Below are positions 60,362 to 64,000 of a DNA stretch of 64,000 nt, piece by piece. The translations under genes and the position numbers were made by a program. The notes under the pieces are model-generated. The model was not told where the DNA came from. It searched no databases and was given only the letters and a program-made list of their open reading frames with translations. Within the stretch, counting starts at the first letter, position 1. Every line of letters starts with the position of its first letter. The DNA comes from Schmidtea polychroa (lineage: Eukaryota), in contig CM097886.1 in assembly GCA_044892525.1 (NCBI GenBank), positions 93,186,001-93,250,000 of the forward strand, written 5' to 3'.

Positions 60362-63300
60362 ATTATAGCAATCCAATAATTGTTTAAACAATTTAATGCT
60401 AAAATTTAATATCAACAAAAAATATCAAAAATTAATTTCCACAGATAAAATTTTCAGTTTTAATATTTTAACATTTCAAATTCTTGCTACAGTAGCATGG
60501 CCCAACATAACTGCTTGTTACGCACTTGTATTCTAGTGATCATGGTTGTTATTCGGTGTTTTATTGATTGCAGCTTCCAAATCTCGGATCATCTTCGATT
60601 ATTGTAGCAATAAGTGCGGAGGAAAGTAAAATCACTACGAAAGAGTGCTTCAACAGTCCTAATGTCAATTCCTGGATTTCATATCTCAAATCGAATACAG
60701 CAGAATATTGAAATAAATGAAAAGAAGTAAAAAATATTATTTGACGAAGACAGAGAAATGAATATAATTTACAAATCTATTTTTACATTTATTACCAACG
60801 CTAAAATACATATAACGATAGAAACATGTACAAATACGATACATAAATAATTCTAAAACTAAAAGTCATTCAATCGTAATTTATTACGAAGCTTAATAAT
60901 CCAAATAATCATTAAACAAATACACAACATAGTTGGGATTAGAATAAGCAATATTTGATACAAACTTATTTGCGGTTTTCCCAAATCTAAAACAGATATA
61001 AGTAAACATGATGGTAAAAAACAAAGATAATGAAGAACTATAATATAATACAAAATTTCGTTACTAATTATAAATTATTAAAAACTCTCAAAAAGAACTT
61101 TATCGAAATTTGTTTTTATCACAAGGGAATTATAATAGAAAAATATAATTAATTAAAAAATATAATTAATAATATAATTAAGGTAAATCCAGAGGGCTTT
61201 AACAAAGATGTTATTTTGAATATGTTTTAATTATTGGTATTGAATTTCACCAATAATAAAATTCTATCAAGAAAAGAAAGACAATGCGCATAAAGTAGAT
61301 ATTACTAAAATATTTGTAGGATGCCTGTAAATAATACCTATTCGAAATTATATAATATTTATGCATGTTGAATTTGTATAATTAATCTTATTAAAAAGAT
61401 TGAAAATTTTGAAATCTCAAAATGTGTTAAAAAATTACGAATTATTTTGAATATTTTTTAATTATCGGTATTGAAGTTCACGAATAAAGATACTCATAAT
61501 AAAATTCTATCAAGAAAAGAAAGACAAAGATAAAGCGTAAATAATTAATATTGCTAAAATATTTGTAGGATGCCTGTAAATAATACCTATTCGAAATTAT
61601 ATAATATTTATGCATGTTGAATTTGTATAATTGTTTTTTTTAAGAGATAAGATTTTTAGGACATGTAATAAACGATGAAGGAATACACGCTAATGACAAT
61701 GAAATTATCGTGATTGAAAATTTCGAAATCTCAAAATGTTTAAAAAAAAATTATTATAGTTGATTTATAAAGAAAATAATAATATGTATTCAAAACCACT
61801 CGTAAAATTGTGCGATATAAATCAAACAGAAAATATGTGGACCAATGAATGCGAAGAGTCCTTTCAAGAATTAAAGAAAGGATTAATAACAGCTGATAAT
61901 AAATTCTATATCTGCTTTTAATTGTAATCAACAGTTTTAATTTAAATTGTATAAATAAATAAGAAATGCCAAAAATAGAATTCAATTTTATTTAAAATAT
62001 GCATATAATCAATTATTGAAATAAGAATTGACTTAATTACAGATTTAATATTCGAAATCTAAATAAATCTGGATTCTCGCCAATACTGCTTGTTGAGAGA
62101 AAGGAAATATTTCTTTCAATTCGTTCATTGAATTTAATTGATCAATTCATAATTTAATTGTAAATATTGAAGAAAAAACGATATAGAATAATTCAACAAA
62201 AAACAATAATTCGAATAGACAAAAGCAAAAATTGGAAAATTAGTTTTATGATTACCAATTATACCCACATTTCAGCATGATACAGAAAGAAACTGATATA
62301 GCGTTTTTATCTTTAGGCGAATGAGGTCATTTAATAGTTTGATGCATAAGTTCCGAAATCCTCATTTAAAATTCATATTTAATTAAAACTCTTTTCCTAT
62401 ATATGATGTATTTACAATTTAATTATTAAATTAATATTTATTATTTGGAAAGTTAGGGACACTAAACAAATATCTCTCGCGCAGAATTTCTTTTAGTTGA
62501 TTTCAATTAAAATTTTTCCAATAAAATAAAATAATCATTAAATAGAATTAATTTAAAAAATAAGGTTTTCCTTCAAAAACAAGAAGAAAAGAATTAATAT
62601 TTTGAAGTGTCACAAAATTTATTATTATTGTTATTGATATAATTATTNNNNNNNNNNNNNNNNNNNNNNNNNNNNNNNNNNNNNNNNNNNNNNNNNNNNN
62701 NNNNNNNNNNNNNNNNNNNNNNNNNNNNNNNNNNNNNNNNNNNNNNNNNNNNNNNNNNNNNNNNNNNNNNNNNNNNNNNNNNNNNNNNNNNNNNNNNNNN
62801 NNNNNNNNNNNNNNNNNNNNNNNNNNNNNNNNNNNNNNNNNNNNNNNNNNNNNNNNNNNNNNNNNNNNNNNTATAGTGATGATTAAATTTAAACAATTAA
62901 ATGATAATTTAAGCCTTTTGTTGCGATTAATATATTTAATATAAATGAATAAATTGTCGACTATTAGATAGGCTTTGACAATCGAAAATTTTTTCATTTG
63001 TATTAAATATTGATATAATAATTGTCAGAAATATTTTGGTTAATATCAATATTATTATTATTATTATTATTATTGATAAAATTACTATTAATTTTAGGCG
63101 AATACTTTTTGTGATCTAAAAAAACCAATTTTCTGACGATTAGCTAAACCGTAATTTCAAATTCATCAAAACTCATATAACCCGATTTTTGGATTTTATT
63201 TTTTTCAATCACTTATACGAGGGGTGGGGAACCTGCGGCCTGCCGGAGCTTCATGTGTGGCCTCCGGAGCCTTATCGAAATCAATCTTAATTTATATAAA

Positions 63301-64000
63301 AAACCATGAATTTTGAGGATTTACAAATAAAAATACTCGTAACTACTGAACTGTATATATACCGAACTGTACAAAGAAGAAAATATAAAAGTCAATCATT
63401 CACATCCATAAATACAAAATGTATGTAGACGAATAAAAAAGATTATTGAGCCCTTATTTGTGAAATGATGACTTATTTGCATCATTTTTTCCATTCAGAA
63501 ATAATAAACATTTTCAAGAATATTTCGTACAGCCGCATTTTTCAAATCTGGAGACTGATTATAAATATTGTTTTAATTAATAACTGTATATAAACAAAAG
63601 ATTTAAAATGAAATTAATTAATGTTAAAATACTTTTTGACTGCGGCCCCATTTGGAGGCGACAAATTTCAATGTGGCCTTAGAAATATAAGAAATATAAA
63701 AGTTCCCCAACTTCGGACTGTATTCACAGCACAATCGGTAATAATTTTATTGCTATTTCTATTTTTATAGGTAATATTTATGCATGTGTAATCCAATTTA
63801 ATTTTCATTAAAATTATTTACTAGATTCGTTCTTCCTCATATTTATTAACTAAACTTTTAGTATTTTATAATTATCATTTTATCTAATGTAGGTCCTAAA
63901 CTTCATAGGTTTACTTAGTTTGTATTTTTAAATATATAGCGGTGGGACTACCGTGAATTGACTTATTTTCCTGCAGGCTACTTTGCGATGTTTTCTCGCT

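Larger units (their letters stand above)
57467..64000 (+). repeat. Direct segmental duplicate of 14692-21074 plus 22768-23677 (runs off the window end)
   Basis: Identical 3' LTR flank, the same N-gap position (20722 vs 62648) and the same Charlie MITE. About 1.7 kb (21075-22767) is absent from this copy. Confidence 0.93.

Overview
Very AT-rich eukaryotic DNA, almost certainly an invertebrate metazoan: it has a semaphorin gene, an animal-type initiator-tRNA primer-binding site and short GT-AG introns. The window is mostly transposable elements and rearranged or duplicated segments, with several assembly gaps. Two LTR retroelements stand out. (1) A non-autonomous BEL/Pao-type element, present twice through a segmental duplication (14692-18440 and 56616-60361), carries two captured ubiquitin-proteasome genes: a ubiquitin domain ending LRLCGG fused to the front of Gag, and a truncated proteasome alpha-6 (PSMA6-like) ORF inside the LTR itself. 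(2) A 13.8-kb Ty3/Gypsy element (37995-51829, minus strand, CTAG target duplication) appears to have encoded one giant polyprotein. The order is Gag (4 zinc knuckles), ubiquitin-like domain, AT-hook, chuvirus-type envelope glycoprotein, protease, RT, RNase H, integrase, then a second membrane protein. A separate ORF with a degenerate DEDDh exonuclease follows. Also present: a ~13-kb inverted repeat with nested foldbacks, hAT, Tc1/IS630, pogo, piggyBac, Penelope and LINE remnants, MITEs, microsatellites, and a divergent Sema-PSI-Ig semaphorin gene split by TE-filled introns. All homologies were recognised by eye from remembered family motifs; no database search was run, and all counts are manual.
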